Of a DNA stretch of 32,000 bases, positions 1 through 8,239 are shown piece after piece (position 1 is the first letter of the stretch; the number at the start of each line of letters is the position of its first letter). This stretch comes from an uncultured Actinomycetes bacterium (GTDB lineage: Bacteria; Actinomycetota; Actinomycetes; S36-B12; CAIYMF01): NCBI GenBank assembly GCA_963843975.1, contig CAWJMG010000003.1, positions 1,020,001 to 1,052,000 of the forward strand, given 5' to 3'. The notes beneath the pieces were generated by a model. It did no database searches. It had not been told where the DNA came from and saw nothing but the letters and a program-made list of their open reading frames with translations. The position numbers and the translations under genes were made by a program.

Positions 1-619
1 TGTGCGGCGCATGGAGGGCGTGACCTTCGCCAAGCTCCTCGGCACGGGCGACGGCCGCACGTTCACGATGCGCGACGCCGACCTCGGCCACTGGGGCGTG
101 CTCGCCTGCTGGAGCGACGCCGACGGCCCCGCACGGTACGACGACTCCGACGTGCACCGGTCGTGGAGCGGCGTCGCGCACGAGCAGGCCCGGTTCCTCC
201 TGCGCCCGTTGGCATCGCGCGGCACCTGGGCCGGGCGCCAGCCCTTCGGCGACCCTCTTCCCTCACGCTGGGACGGCCCCGTCGCGGCGATCACGCGCGC
301 CCGGATCAAGCCGTCGCAGTGGCGCACGTTCTGGGCCGCGGTGCCGCCCGTCTCGCTCGACCTGCGTGCCGTCGACGGGCTCGACTTCGCGATCGGCGTC
401 GGAGAGGCGCCCGTCGGGCTGCAGGGCACGTTCAGCTGCTGGTCGTCGGGCACGGCCCTCACCGAGTTCGCGCAGCGCCGGTCGCCGCACCGCGAGGCGA
501 TGCGTCGCACCCATGAGACCGGCTGGTACGCCGAGGAGCTCTTCTCCCGGTTCGCGCTGGTCGACGTGCGCGGCGACTACGCCGGCAGGCCCGTCGAGCC
601 GGTCACGCCGACGGCGTAG
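1..619 (+). CDS. CrtA-like carotenoid oxygenase (spheroidene monooxygenase family), 5' end cut by window edge
   Basis: The frame is open from the window start to the stop at 617-619. The translation ...AITRARIKPSQWRTFWAAVPP...FAIGVGEAPVGLQGTFSCW...TEFAQRRSPHREAMRRTHETGWYAEELFSRF matches, from memory, the Rhodobacter CrtA pattern (RATVK..FWK.VP / IGVGEVP..QVTFSIW / EFAR..H / GWF.EELYARF). Third codon positions are strongly G/C. Confidence 0.6.
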   Translation, partial: VRRMEGVTFAKLLGTGDGRTFTMRDADLGHWGVLACWSDADGPARYDDSDVHRSWSGVAHEQARFLLRPLASRGTWAGRQPFGDPLPSRWDGPVAAITRARIKPSQWRTFWAAVPPVSLDLRAVDGLDFAIGVGEAPVGLQGTFSCWSSGTALTEFAQRRSPHREAMRRTHETGWYAEELFSRFALVDVRGDYAGRPVEPVTPTA

Positions 620-1142
620 CCCCGGGCTCCGGGTGCCGCACGTGCGGGTCGAACACGACGTCCGCGGCGAGCGGTGCGAACGGGTCGCGCGCACGTTCGA
701 CCACGACGGTCGGCAGCGGCGCCCGCCGCTCGGGGGCCTTGCGCCAGGTGTCCTTGAGCGCCCACACGACCGCCGGCAGCGCGGGGATCAGGAAGAAGAA
801 GTTGGTGAAGGTCACCCACGCCGTGAAGAGCAGGATGACCGCGGTCGTGACGCTGCGACCGAGCGGTCCGAACGTGATCGAGCTGCCGCGCACCCGCTGG
901 CCGCGCGGCTGGTCCCACTGCAGGGGCTGCACCGTCGGCGGCGCCGTGGTGAAGCCCACGGGCTTGGCCTCGTACGGCGTCGGCACGTACGCCGCCGGCA
1001 CGGCCTCGGCCTCGTGGTCGAACTCGCCCGGCGGCGTGATCGGTGGGGTCTGCGGGGCAGGCGCCGCCTGAGGCGGCGGCGCGTCCACCCAGCCGTGGGC
1101 GTGCAGGGTCCGCGGAGGCCCCGGCTGCTCGTGCGCTCCCAT
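603..1142 (-). CDS. Hypothetical membrane protein with Pro-rich N-terminal half and C-terminal TM segments
   Basis: 179-aa ORF with G/C-rich third positions (for example TTC TTC TTC CTG ATC CCC). It has hydrophobic stretches VTTAVILLFTAWVTFTNFFFLIPALPAVVWAL. Its 3' end overlaps the convergent crtA-like gene by 17 nt. No family recognised. Confidence 0.5.
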   Translation of the reverse strand: MGAHEQPGPPRTLHAHGWVDAPPPQAAPAPQTPPITPPGEFDHEAEAVPAAYVPTPYEAKPVGFTTAPPTVQPLQWDQPRGQRVRGSSITFGPLGRSVTTAVILLFTAWVTFTNFFFLIPALPAVVWALKDTWRKAPERRAPLPTVVVERARDPFAPLAADVVFDPHVRHPEPGATPSA

Positions 1143-1223
1143 GCCTCAGGCATCGGCGTCCGGACGGCCCGCCTCAACCGGCTCCCACGGCACCACCCGG
1201 TCGGACCAGTCGGCGCGGTCGCG

Positions 1224-1229
1224 TAGGGT
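1224..1229 (+). promoter_or_regulatory. -10-like TAGGGT box upstream of cruF
   Basis: The same hexamer as before crtI. It ends 10 nt before the cruF ATG (1240), and there is no SD sequence in between. Confidence 0.25.
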
Positions 1230-1239
1230 CGCCCCCGCA

Positions 1240-2049
1240 ATGAGCGTTCGCGTCTACTCGGGCCCCCACGCCGACCGTCGTCGAGGCGGTGGCGGGTCGT
1301 TGCGCGCCCTCCCGTGGGTCTTCGCCCTGCTCACCGTGCTCGCGCAGATAGCCTGGCCGCTCACCTCGGACGGCACGCGCGACGTCCTCACCGCTGTCAC
1401 GGTGGTGCTGTTCTTCCTCGCGAGCGCGTCGCACGCGCTCATCGCGCGCGGGTTCCTCTGGGCCCTCGGCTGGTTCGTCATCAGCGCCGGGATCGGCCTC
1501 GCGGTCGAGGTCGCCGGCACCCGCACCGGCCTCCCGTTCGGGTCGTACGAGTACGCCGACCGCTTGGGCCCCATGGTCTTCGGCGTCCCCGCCGTCATCC
1601 CGCTGGCCTGGGCGATGATGAGCTACCCCGCGCTGCTCGCGGCCCGTCGGCTCACCACCGGCCCGCTGCTCACGCCGGTCGTCGGCGCGGTCGCGCTCGC
1701 GAGCTGGGACCTCTTCCTCGACCCGCAGATGGTCGGCGAGGGCCACTGGACCTGGAGCCAGGAGGGCCCGCAGGTGCTGGGCATCGACGGCATCCCCGCG
1801 CAGAACTTCGTCGCGTGGCTGCTGGTCTCGCTCGTGATGATGCTGCTGCTCGACCGCCTCCCGCGTCGTCGCAACGACGGCGCCGAGGGCGACGGCGTCC
1901 CCGCCCTGCTGTTCCTCTGGACCTACGCGTCGTCGGTGCTGCTCAACGCCGCCTTCGTCCACCGCCCGGGCGTCGCGATCTGGGGCGGCGTCGTCATGGG
2001 CCTCGTCGCGATCCCCTACGCGTGGTCGCTGTGGACCGGTCGGGACTGA
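1240..2049 (+). CDS. cruF: Carotenoid biosynthesis membrane protein, CruF-like (carotenoid C-1',2' hydratase family, PF04240-type)
   Basis: ATG at 1240 in the 1141..2049 ORF. It is a polytopic membrane protein with ...GTRTGLPFGSYEYADRLGPMVFGVPAVIPLAWAMMSYP...SWDLFLDPQMV..GHWTW..., typical of the 'carotenoid biosynthesis protein' family. It is followed by a GT2 gene, as in known cruF-cruC pairs. Confidence 0.75.
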   Translation: MSVRVYSGPHADRRRGGGGSLRALPWVFALLTVLAQIAWPLTSDGTRDVLTAVTVVLFFLASASHALIARGFLWALGWFVISAGIGLAVEVAGTRTGLPFGSYEYADRLGPMVFGVPAVIPLAWAMMSYPALLAARRLTTGPLLTPVVGAVALASWDLFLDPQMVGEGHWTWSQEGPQVLGIDGIPAQNFVAWLLVSLVMMLLLDRLPRRRNDGAEGDGVPALLFLWTYASSVLLNAAFVHRPGVAIWGGVVMGLVAIPYAWSLWTGRD

Positions 2050-3185
2050 CCCGCGCGGTCGAGACCGTCGCCGCGGTCGGAGCCCTCGGAGCCGTCGCCG
2101 CCACCACGCACACCGCGATCAACCTGCGACTGCTGCGCACCCCGTCGAGCACCCCTCCGGTCGTCGCCGAGCGTGTCAGCGTCCTGGTGCCCGCGCGTGA
2201 CGAGGCCGCACGCATCGCCCCCTGCATCGCCTCGATCCTCGCCTCCGAGGGTGTGCGCGACCTCGAGGTGATCGTGCTCGACGACGGCTCGACGGACGGC
2301 ACCGCCGATGTCGTGACGGCATCCGCCGCAGGCGATCCGCGGGTCCGTGTCGTCGACGGCGGCCGCGACGACCTCCCGGCCGGTTGGCTCGGCAAGCCGT
2401 GGGCGTGCCACCGGCTCGCGGCGACCGCCACAGGATCGGTGCTCGTGTTCGTCGACGCCGACGTCGTCCTCGCGCCGCACGCGCTCGCCGCCACCGTGGC
2501 GCTGATGCGCGGTAGCGACCTCGACCTCGTGTCGCCCTACCCGCGCCAGCTCGCCGACGGCGCCCTCCCCCGGCTCGTGCAGCCGCTGCTGCAGTGGTCG
2601 TGGGCCACGCTGCTGCCGCTGCGCGTCGCGGAGTCGTCGCCCCGCGCCACGCTGAGCGCCGCCAACGGCCAGCTCATCGGTGTCGATGCCGCCGCGTACT
2701 CACGCTGCGGCGGCCACGACGCGGTGCGCGGCGAGGTGCTCGACGACGTCGCGCTGCTGCGCGCGGTCAAGCGCTCGGGCGGGCGCGGCGTGGTCGTCGA
2801 CGGCACCGATCTCGCCAGCTGCCGGATGTACGACGACGCCGGCGCTCTGGTCGAGGGCTACACCAAGTCGCTGTGGTCCGCGTTCGGTTCGCCCGCGGGA
2901 TCGGCGGGCGTGGTCTCGCTCCTCACGCTGCTCTACGTCGTCCCGCCGGTCGTCGGCGTCGTCGGCCCGACGGCGCGGGCACGCGCGCTCGGAACCCTCG
3001 GGTACGCCGCCGGCGTCACCGGGCGCGTGCTCGTTGCCCGTCGTACCGGCGGTCGGGTCGCCGACTCGCTCGCGCATCCGGTGTCGGTCGCGGTCTTCGG
3101 CGGCCTCGTCGCGGAGTCGTGGCGGCGCAGGCGCGCCGGTCTCCTCACCTGGCGCGGACGCACCCTCCCCGCAGGCCGCGCATGA
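2031..3185 (+). CDS. Family 2 glycosyltransferase, candidate carotenoid glycosyltransferase (CruC/CrtX-like) with C-terminal TM region
   Basis: GTG at 2031 (or 2022) overlaps the cruF 3' end. GT-A signature VSVLVPARDEAARI...VIVLDDGSTDGT...VFVDADV. The C-terminal tail is hydrophobic. The stop at 3183-3185 overlaps the ATG of the next gene. Confidence 0.8.
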   Translation: MDRSGLTRAVETVAAVGALGAVAATTHTAINLRLLRTPSSTPPVVAERVSVLVPARDEAARIAPCIASILASEGVRDLEVIVLDDGSTDGTADVVTASAAGDPRVRVVDGGRDDLPAGWLGKPWACHRLAATATGSVLVFVDADVVLAPHALAATVALMRGSDLDLVSPYPRQLADGALPRLVQPLLQWSWATLLPLRVAESSPRATLSAANGQLIGVDAAAYSRCGGHDAVRGEVLDDVALLRAVKRSGGRGVVVDGTDLASCRMYDDAGALVEGYTKSLWSAFGSPAGSAGVVSLLTLLYVVPPVVGVVGPTARARALGTLGYAAGVTGRVLVARRTGGRVADSLAHPVSVAVFGGLVAESWRRRRAGLLTWRGRTLPAGRA

Positions 3186-4372
3186 GCAGCGTCGGCCCCG
3201 CCTCGCCGCGCGGACGGATCGTCGGCGCCGTCGGCGTCGCCCTGCTGCTGGCCGGGCTGCTCCTGGCCCTCCTCGACAGTGCCGCCAGTGTGACGCCGTA
3301 CCTCGACCTGACGGTGTACCAGGAGGCCGTGCGCATCTGGTGGGGCGGCGGGTCGCCGTACGGCGTCGGACTCGTCGATGGGCTCGTCTTCTACTACCCG
3401 CCCTCCGCCCTGGTCCTGCTCGGGCCGCTCGCGCTCCTTCCCGCCACCACCGCCGGCGCGCTGCTCGGGCTGCTCGGCGCCGGCGCGCTGGTCGCCGCAG
3501 TCATGATGGTCGGGCGGTCGAGACCCGTTGCTGCACTGGCGATCACGGGGCTGGCAGCACTGTCTGAGCCCGTGCAGGCCACCTGGCGCTACGGCCAGGT
3601 CAACCTCGTGGTCATGGCTCTCGCGGTCGTCGGGATCGTCGGCGTCTCGGCCCGGCCGCACACCTGGTGGCGGGGTGCAGCGGTCGGCGTCGCCGCCGGG
3701 ATCAAGCTGCAGCCGCTGGCCCTGCTGCTCGTGCCGGCGCTGCGCCGCCGATGGTCGACCGTCGTGGCGGCACTCGGCACGGCAGCCGCTCTCGTCGGCG
3801 TCGCTGCGGCGAGATCCCCCGGCATCGTCGTCGACTGGCTCGACGACGTGCGGAGCGGGGCGGTCGACGGCCGCGCGCAGGACGCGGCCCGCAACGCATC
3901 CTGGCGCGGCCTGCTCGACACGCTCTTCCCTGACCCCTCCACGGCCCGGGCCGTATGGATCGTCGTCGCCGCGCTCGTCGTCGTGGCCGCCGTCGGCGGT
4001 GCTGTTCTCGCCACCCGCCGCGGCCGACTCACAGTCGCGCTGTCGGTGCTCGCGCTGGGCATCCTGCTGGCCTGGCCGGTGTCCTGGACCCATCACTGGG
4101 TCTGGGTGCCCGTCGTCCTGGCCTCAGCCCTCGCACCGGTGGGGGTCCGCGCCCTCGACCACGCCGCGCTCGGGTGCGCCGCGCTGCTCGCCCTGGCCAC
4201 GCTCGCGTGGCTGCCTGCCTGGTTCGCCACCGCAGACCACTCTCTCGGCTCGGAGGGCCTGACCTGGGTGGTGTCGTACTCCTACGTCCTGCTGGGCACG
4301 GCGACGCTCGCGGCTCTCGTGCTGCGCGAGCTGCGCGCTCCCGCCTCGGGCCGTTCGGCGACCACCTCCTAG
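3182..4372 (+). CDS. GT87/DUF2029-type polytopic GT-C glycosyltransferase (Rv2181-like polyprenyl-phosphate-mannose dependent family)
   Basis: The ATG at 3182 overlaps the GT2 stop (ATGA). Motifs are YLDLTVYQEAVRIWWGGGSPYG...FYYPPSALVLLGPLA near the N-terminus, AAGIKLQPLALLL in the middle, and WPVSWTHHWVWV near the C-terminus. At least 9 hydrophobic segments. Confidence 0.75.
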   Translation: MSSVGPASPRGRIVGAVGVALLLAGLLLALLDSAASVTPYLDLTVYQEAVRIWWGGGSPYGVGLVDGLVFYYPPSALVLLGPLALLPATTAGALLGLLGAGALVAAVMMVGRSRPVAALAITGLAALSEPVQATWRYGQVNLVVMALAVVGIVGVSARPHTWWRGAAVGVAAGIKLQPLALLLVPALRRRWSTVVAALGTAAALVGVAAARSPGIVVDWLDDVRSGAVDGRAQDAARNASWRGLLDTLFPDPSTARAVWIVVAALVVVAAVGGAVLATRRGRLTVALSVLALGILLAWPVSWTHHWVWVPVVLASALAPVGVRALDHAALGCAALLALATLAWLPAWFATADHSLGSEGLTWVVSYSYVLLGTATLAALVLRELRAPASGRSATTS

Positions 4373-4383
4373 GCTCGCTGACC

Positions 4384-5880
4384 GTGGCACGCGTGGTGGT
4401 CGTCGGAGCAGGCATGGGCGGCATGGCCGTCGCCGCCCGGCTCGCGGTCAAGCGCCACCAGGTCACGGTGGTCGAGCAGGCCGCGACGTATGGCGGCAAG
4501 GTCGGCAGCGTCGTGCGCGACGGCTTCGTGTTCGACACCGGCCCCTCGCTGCTCACCATCCCCGCGGTCTACCGCGAGCTGTTCAACAAGACCGGCGGCC
4601 CGCTCGAGGCGTCCGTCGACCTCGTCGACCTCGACCCCGCGTTCGGCTACCGCTTCCCCGACGGCGTCACCGTCGACATGCCGGGAGTCGACCCGGGAGT
4701 CTGCGCGCATGTGCTCGGCGAGGGGCTCGGCGGCACGGCCGAGGCCGACTGGCGCGCGTTCATGGCCCGGGCCGCCGCGATCTGGCAGGTCACCCGGCGG
4801 CCGTTCCTCGAGGCGCCCCTGACCGGCGCGCGCGACCTGCTGCCGCTCGCGCGCAACGTCGGCGACGTGCGCACCGTGGCCCCGTTCACGTCGCTGCGCA
4901 CGCTCTCGCGCCGCTATCTGTCCGACCCGCGGCTGCGGATGCTGGTCGACCGCTACGCGACGTACACCGGCTCGGACCCGCGCAAGGCGCCGGCGGCGCT
5001 GGCGACGGTGCCGTACGTCGAGCAGATGTTCGGGGCCTACCACGTGGCCGGCGGCATCCGACGGCTCGCCGACGCGCTGTACGAGCGCACGCTGGAACGC
5101 GGTGCGGCGTATCGCTTCTCGGCCGACGTCGCCGAGGTGCTGACCTCCGCCTCCGGCGTCAGCGGCGTGCGGTTGACCGACGGCGAGGTGCTCGACGCCG
5201 ACATCGTCGTCGCCAACGCCGACGCCACCCACCTCTACCAGGACCTGCTGCACGACCCGCGCGGCGCCGAGCCCGTGCGCCGGCTGCGCCGAGCCACGCC
5301 GTCGCTCTCCGGCTTCGTTCTGCTGCTCGCCGTGCGCGGCCGTACGCCGGGGCTGCGCCACCACAACGTGTGGTTCCCCGCCGACTACGACGCCGAGTTC
5401 GACGCGATCTTCGGCCGCGATGCCAAGCCCGTCGACGACCCCACGATCTACGTCTGCGCCCCGGACGACGACGCGATGCGCCCCGACGCCGACCACGAGT
5501 CGTGGTTCGTGCTCGTCAACGCGCCGCGGCACGGCACGGGCAACGAGCGCGGCACCGTCGACTGGGATGCGCCGGGCCTCGCCGAGTCGTACCGCGACCG
5601 CATCCTCGCGGTGATGGCCTCGCGCGGGTTCGACGTCCGTGACCGGCTGCTGTGGTCGGAGATCCGCACGCCGGCCGACCTCGAGCGGAGCACCCGGGCC
5701 CCCGGCGGCTCGATCTACGGCACGTCCAGCAACGGCCCGCGCGCCGCCTTCCTGCGCCCGGCCAACGCCTCTCCCGTGCCCGGCCTCTACCTCGTCGGCG
5801 GCTCCTCGCACCCTGGCGGCGGCCTGCCGCTCGTGGGCATGTCCGCAGAGATCGTCGCCGACCTGATCGGCCGCGCCTGA
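4384..5880 (+). CDS. Phytoene-desaturase-family FAD oxidoreductase, CrtD-like (candidate carotenoid 3',4'-desaturase)
   Basis: GTG at 4384, 11 nt after the GT87 stop. N-terminal Rossmann motif VVVVGAGMGGMAVAARLA..H.VTVVEQ...GGK. C-terminal GLYLVGGSSHPGGGLPLVGMSAE, typical of CrtI/CrtD enzymes. It is distinct from the crtI at 13641. Confidence 0.8.
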   Translation: MARVVVVGAGMGGMAVAARLAVKRHQVTVVEQAATYGGKVGSVVRDGFVFDTGPSLLTIPAVYRELFNKTGGPLEASVDLVDLDPAFGYRFPDGVTVDMPGVDPGVCAHVLGEGLGGTAEADWRAFMARAAAIWQVTRRPFLEAPLTGARDLLPLARNVGDVRTVAPFTSLRTLSRRYLSDPRLRMLVDRYATYTGSDPRKAPAALATVPYVEQMFGAYHVAGGIRRLADALYERTLERGAAYRFSADVAEVLTSASGVSGVRLTDGEVLDADIVVANADATHLYQDLLHDPRGAEPVRRLRRATPSLSGFVLLLAVRGRTPGLRHHNVWFPADYDAEFDAIFGRDAKPVDDPTIYVCAPDDDAMRPDADHESWFVLVNAPRHGTGNERGTVDWDAPGLAESYRDRILAVMASRGFDVRDRLLWSEIRTPADLERSTRAPGGSIYGTSSNGPRAAFLRPANASPVPGLYLVGGSSHPGGGLPLVGMSAEIVADLIGRA

Positions 5881-5960
5881 CCGACCGCGCATCCGGGCGT
5901 TCCCACCGGTTCGACCGTCCCGCTCGCTAGCATCGGCGCCCCGAGGCCGAGGAGTGGCGC

Positions 5961-6266
5961 ATGTTCCGACAGGTGGTTGCGATCCGCTGGGCCGAAGGCG
6001 TCTCCCCCGAGGCGCAGCAGGGCTATCGCGACGCCCTCGAGGGCCTACGCGTCATCCCCGAGCTGCTCGCCATGACGTGGGGCGACGACGCCCGCCACTT
6101 CGAGGGCAACTTCGACGTCGTCGCCGTGATGGACTTCGCCGACTTCGCGAGCGCTCGGGCGTACGTCGCACACCCCGTGCACCAGGCGTACGTCCGCGAC
6201 CACGCGAGCCAGGTGATCGGCGATCGCGTCGTCGTGCAGCACGACTGGGCCGGGCCTCAGTCGTAG
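5961..6266 (+). CDS. Dabb (stress-responsive A/B barrel) family protein
   Basis: 101 aa. GAGGAG sits 7 nt upstream of the ATG. MFRQVVAIRW...DVVAVMDFADFASARAYVAHPVHQAYV...VVVQHDW fits the Dabb pattern. Confidence 0.7.
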   Translation: MFRQVVAIRWAEGVSPEAQQGYRDALEGLRVIPELLAMTWGDDARHFEGNFDVVAVMDFADFASARAYVAHPVHQAYVRDHASQVIGDRVVVQHDWAGPQS

Positions 6267-6285
6267 GCCGCGGATCGGGCAGGAT

Positions 6286-6786
6286 GTGCCGGTGCCTTCC
6301 GACGCCTGCCCGACCTGCGGCCTCCCGCTGGAGAACCACGACCGCGACGTCCGCTTCACGCTGCCCGACCCGGTGCTCGGGATCGTCGACGCCGGCGGCC
6401 TGCCCGAGGGCTCGTGGCTGAGCCACGACCACCCCGACGAGTCGGTGATGCTGCTCGTGCCCGAGCTCGGCGCGTTCGTGCGCTGCCTGCTCCCGCTGCG
6501 GCTCGTGGGCGGCCACACCATCACGTTCGGCGTGTGGGTGGGCGTGAGCTCGGAGGACCTGCAGCGCGCCTGGTCGGTCTGGTGGGAGCCGGAGTACGCC
6601 GACCTCGAGCTCACCGGCGTTCTCGCCAACGCGCTGCCCGGTGTCGACGTGCTCGCGGCCCCCGTGGTCGTGCGCGTGCGCGACGCCGACGAGACGCCGT
6701 ACGTCGACGGCAGCAGCGACACCCTCCTCGCCAAGGTGCTGGCCGACGAGTGGCCGCACGATCAGGTGCTGGACCTGCTGCAGTAG
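6286..6786 (+). CDS. DUF2199-like small protein with N-terminal CxxC
   Basis: 166-aa ORF with a GTG start. ACPTCGLPLENHDRDVRFTLPDP...ITFGVWVGVS...W resembles DUF2199 proteins as I remember them. Confidence 0.5.
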   Translation: MPVPSDACPTCGLPLENHDRDVRFTLPDPVLGIVDAGGLPEGSWLSHDHPDESVMLLVPELGAFVRCLLPLRLVGGHTITFGVWVGVSSEDLQRAWSVWWEPEYADLELTGVLANALPGVDVLAAPVVVRVRDADETPYVDGSSDTLLAKVLADEWPHDQVLDLLQ

Positions 6787-6823
6787 CAGCCGGACGTCGG
6801 TCGTCCTGCCTACGCTGGCGACC

Positions 6824-7405
6824 ATGACGCAGATCTGGCTCGACCGGCCCGAACCGCCGATGGACGGCGACGAGGCCGCCTCCCTTCTCGGCTCGCTCGA
6901 GCGGATGCGGCTCACGTTCTGGTGGAAGTGCTCGGGGCTGACGCCGGAGGGCACCCGGCTGCACCTCGGCACGTCCGGGCTGTCGCTCGGCGGGCTGCTG
7001 CGGCATCTGGCACTGGTCGAGGAGAACACGTTCTCGCACAAGCTCTGGGGCCGCCCGCTCCGTGAGCCATGGGCCTCGGTCGACTGGGACACCGACCCGG
7101 AGTTCGAGTTCCGCACCGGTGACGAGCCCCCGGACCAGCTCGTGGTCGAGTACGAGGAGGCCGTGCTGGCGGCCCGTGCCGACGTCGAGGCCGCTCTCGC
7201 CGAGGGTGGCCTGTCGTTCCCGGCCCGCTTCTCCTGGCCCGACGGCTCCACGCCCACGCTGCGCCGCCTCCTGCTCGACCAGATCGAGGAGTACGGCCGC
7301 CACACCGGTCACGCCGACCTGCTGCGCGAGGCCGTCGACGGACGCGTGGGCGAGGACGCCCCCTGGCCGCCCGACGCGCCCACCCGTCTCTGGTCGGCCG
7401 GCTGA
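6824..7405 (+). CDS. DinB-superfamily / DUF664 protein
   Basis: ATG at 6824. LLGSLERMRLTFWWKCSGLTPEG...LGGLLRHLALVEE...LLLDQIEEYGRHTGHADLLREAVDGRVGE is the typical DUF664 four-helix-bundle signature. Confidence 0.7.
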   Translation: MTQIWLDRPEPPMDGDEAASLLGSLERMRLTFWWKCSGLTPEGTRLHLGTSGLSLGGLLRHLALVEENTFSHKLWGRPLREPWASVDWDTDPEFEFRTGDEPPDQLVVEYEEAVLAARADVEAALAEGGLSFPARFSWPDGSTPTLRRLLLDQIEEYGRHTGHADLLREAVDGRVGEDAPWPPDAPTRLWSAG

Positions 7406-7406
7406 C

Positions 7407-7458
7407 CGATTCGGTAGTGCTCAAGCGTCACGGGTGGCGCCTTGCCACTACCAAATCG
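7407..7458. repeat. 52-nt nested palindromic repeat, copy 1 (probable bidirectional terminator between convergent genes)
   Basis: CGATTCGGTAGTG-CTCAAGCGTCACGGGTGGCGCCTTGC-CACTACCAAATCG. The 13-nt outer arms have 1 mismatch and there is an inner stem GCGTCA/TGGCGC. It starts 2 nt after the stop at 7403-7405 and ends 1 nt before the stop of the minus-strand gene at 7459. It is 44/52 identical, ungapped and in the same orientation, to 27415-27466. Confidence 0.7.
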
Positions 7459-8133
7459 TCAGGTGAGGCGGCGGCGTACGACGACGAGCAGCTGCACCAG
7501 CGCGACCGCACCGACGCCGTCCGACACCCAGGCGCCGAGCGATGCCCAGAACGACGCGGACTCCGGGTAGATCCCTGCTGCGAGAAGGAACATCGCGACC
7601 ACGATGACCCGCGTGGGGCGCTCGCCGATCGTGACGACGCCGATGTCGTCCATGCCGATCGCGGTGGCGCGGGCCCGCGCGAACTCCTGCGAGAACAGCA
7701 GCACGCCGGCCAGCACGCACGCGAGCAGCGGGGCGCCGACCACCCAGAGCGCGACCAGAAAGAGCACGTCCGAGATGCGGTCGACGGCCGAGTCGAGCAC
7801 GGCACCCCAGCGCGACTCGCGGCCGGTCATCACTGCGACCGCGCCGTCGAGGGAATCGGTGAGGCCCGACAGCCCGACGATGACGGCCGCCAGCAGCACC
7901 CAGCGGCCACCGAGCGAGGCCACCCACACGACGAGCGCCGACACCAGTCCGCCGAGGAGCGTCACGACGTCCGGCGAGATCCGGAGCCGGGCGAACGGCG
8001 TGGCGACCGCATGCACCACGGCGAGCCACGGGCCCACGATGCGCGAGGTGCGCGGGTCGTAGCCGCCGTGCAGCGTCGACCAGCGGTCGAGGTACTCCTC
8101 GCGCGACAGGACGCTGCGGCTCACGCGTCGCAA
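7459..8133 (-). CDS. CDP-alcohol phosphatidyltransferase family protein
   Basis: 224 aa. Signature DSLDGAVAVMTGRESRWGAVLDSAVDRISD (D-x2-DG-x2-AR...G-x3-D-x3-D). Multiple TM segments. Confidence 0.8.
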   Translation of the reverse strand: MRRVSRSVLSREEYLDRWSTLHGGYDPRTSRIVGPWLAVVHAVATPFARLRISPDVVTLLGGLVSALVVWVASLGGRWVLLAAVIVGLSGLTDSLDGAVAVMTGRESRWGAVLDSAVDRISDVLFLVALWVVGAPLLACVLAGVLLFSQEFARARATAIGMDDIGVVTIGERPTRVIVVAMFLLAAGIYPESASFWASLGAWVSDGVGAVALVQLLVVVRRRLT

Positions 8134-8178
8134 CCTAGCGGCGTACGCCCCACCACGCCCCCACCCCTCCCGCTGAAC

Positions 8179-8225
8179 CTGATCAATCCGTCGTTTCCCG
8201 GTGCCGGAAACGACGGATTGATCAG
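8179..8225. terminator. Perfect 19-20 bp stem hairpin downstream of the SIMPL gene
   Basis: TGATCAATCCGTCGTTTCC (8180-8198) / CGGTGCC loop / GGAAACGACGGATTGATCA (8206-8224), with an extra C:G pair at 8179/8225. It lies 14 nt (8226-8239) past the minus-strand stop at 8240. There is no U-tract, so it would be an actinobacterial I-shaped type. Confidence 0.55.
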
Positions 8226-8239
8226 TGCGAGCGAGGGGG

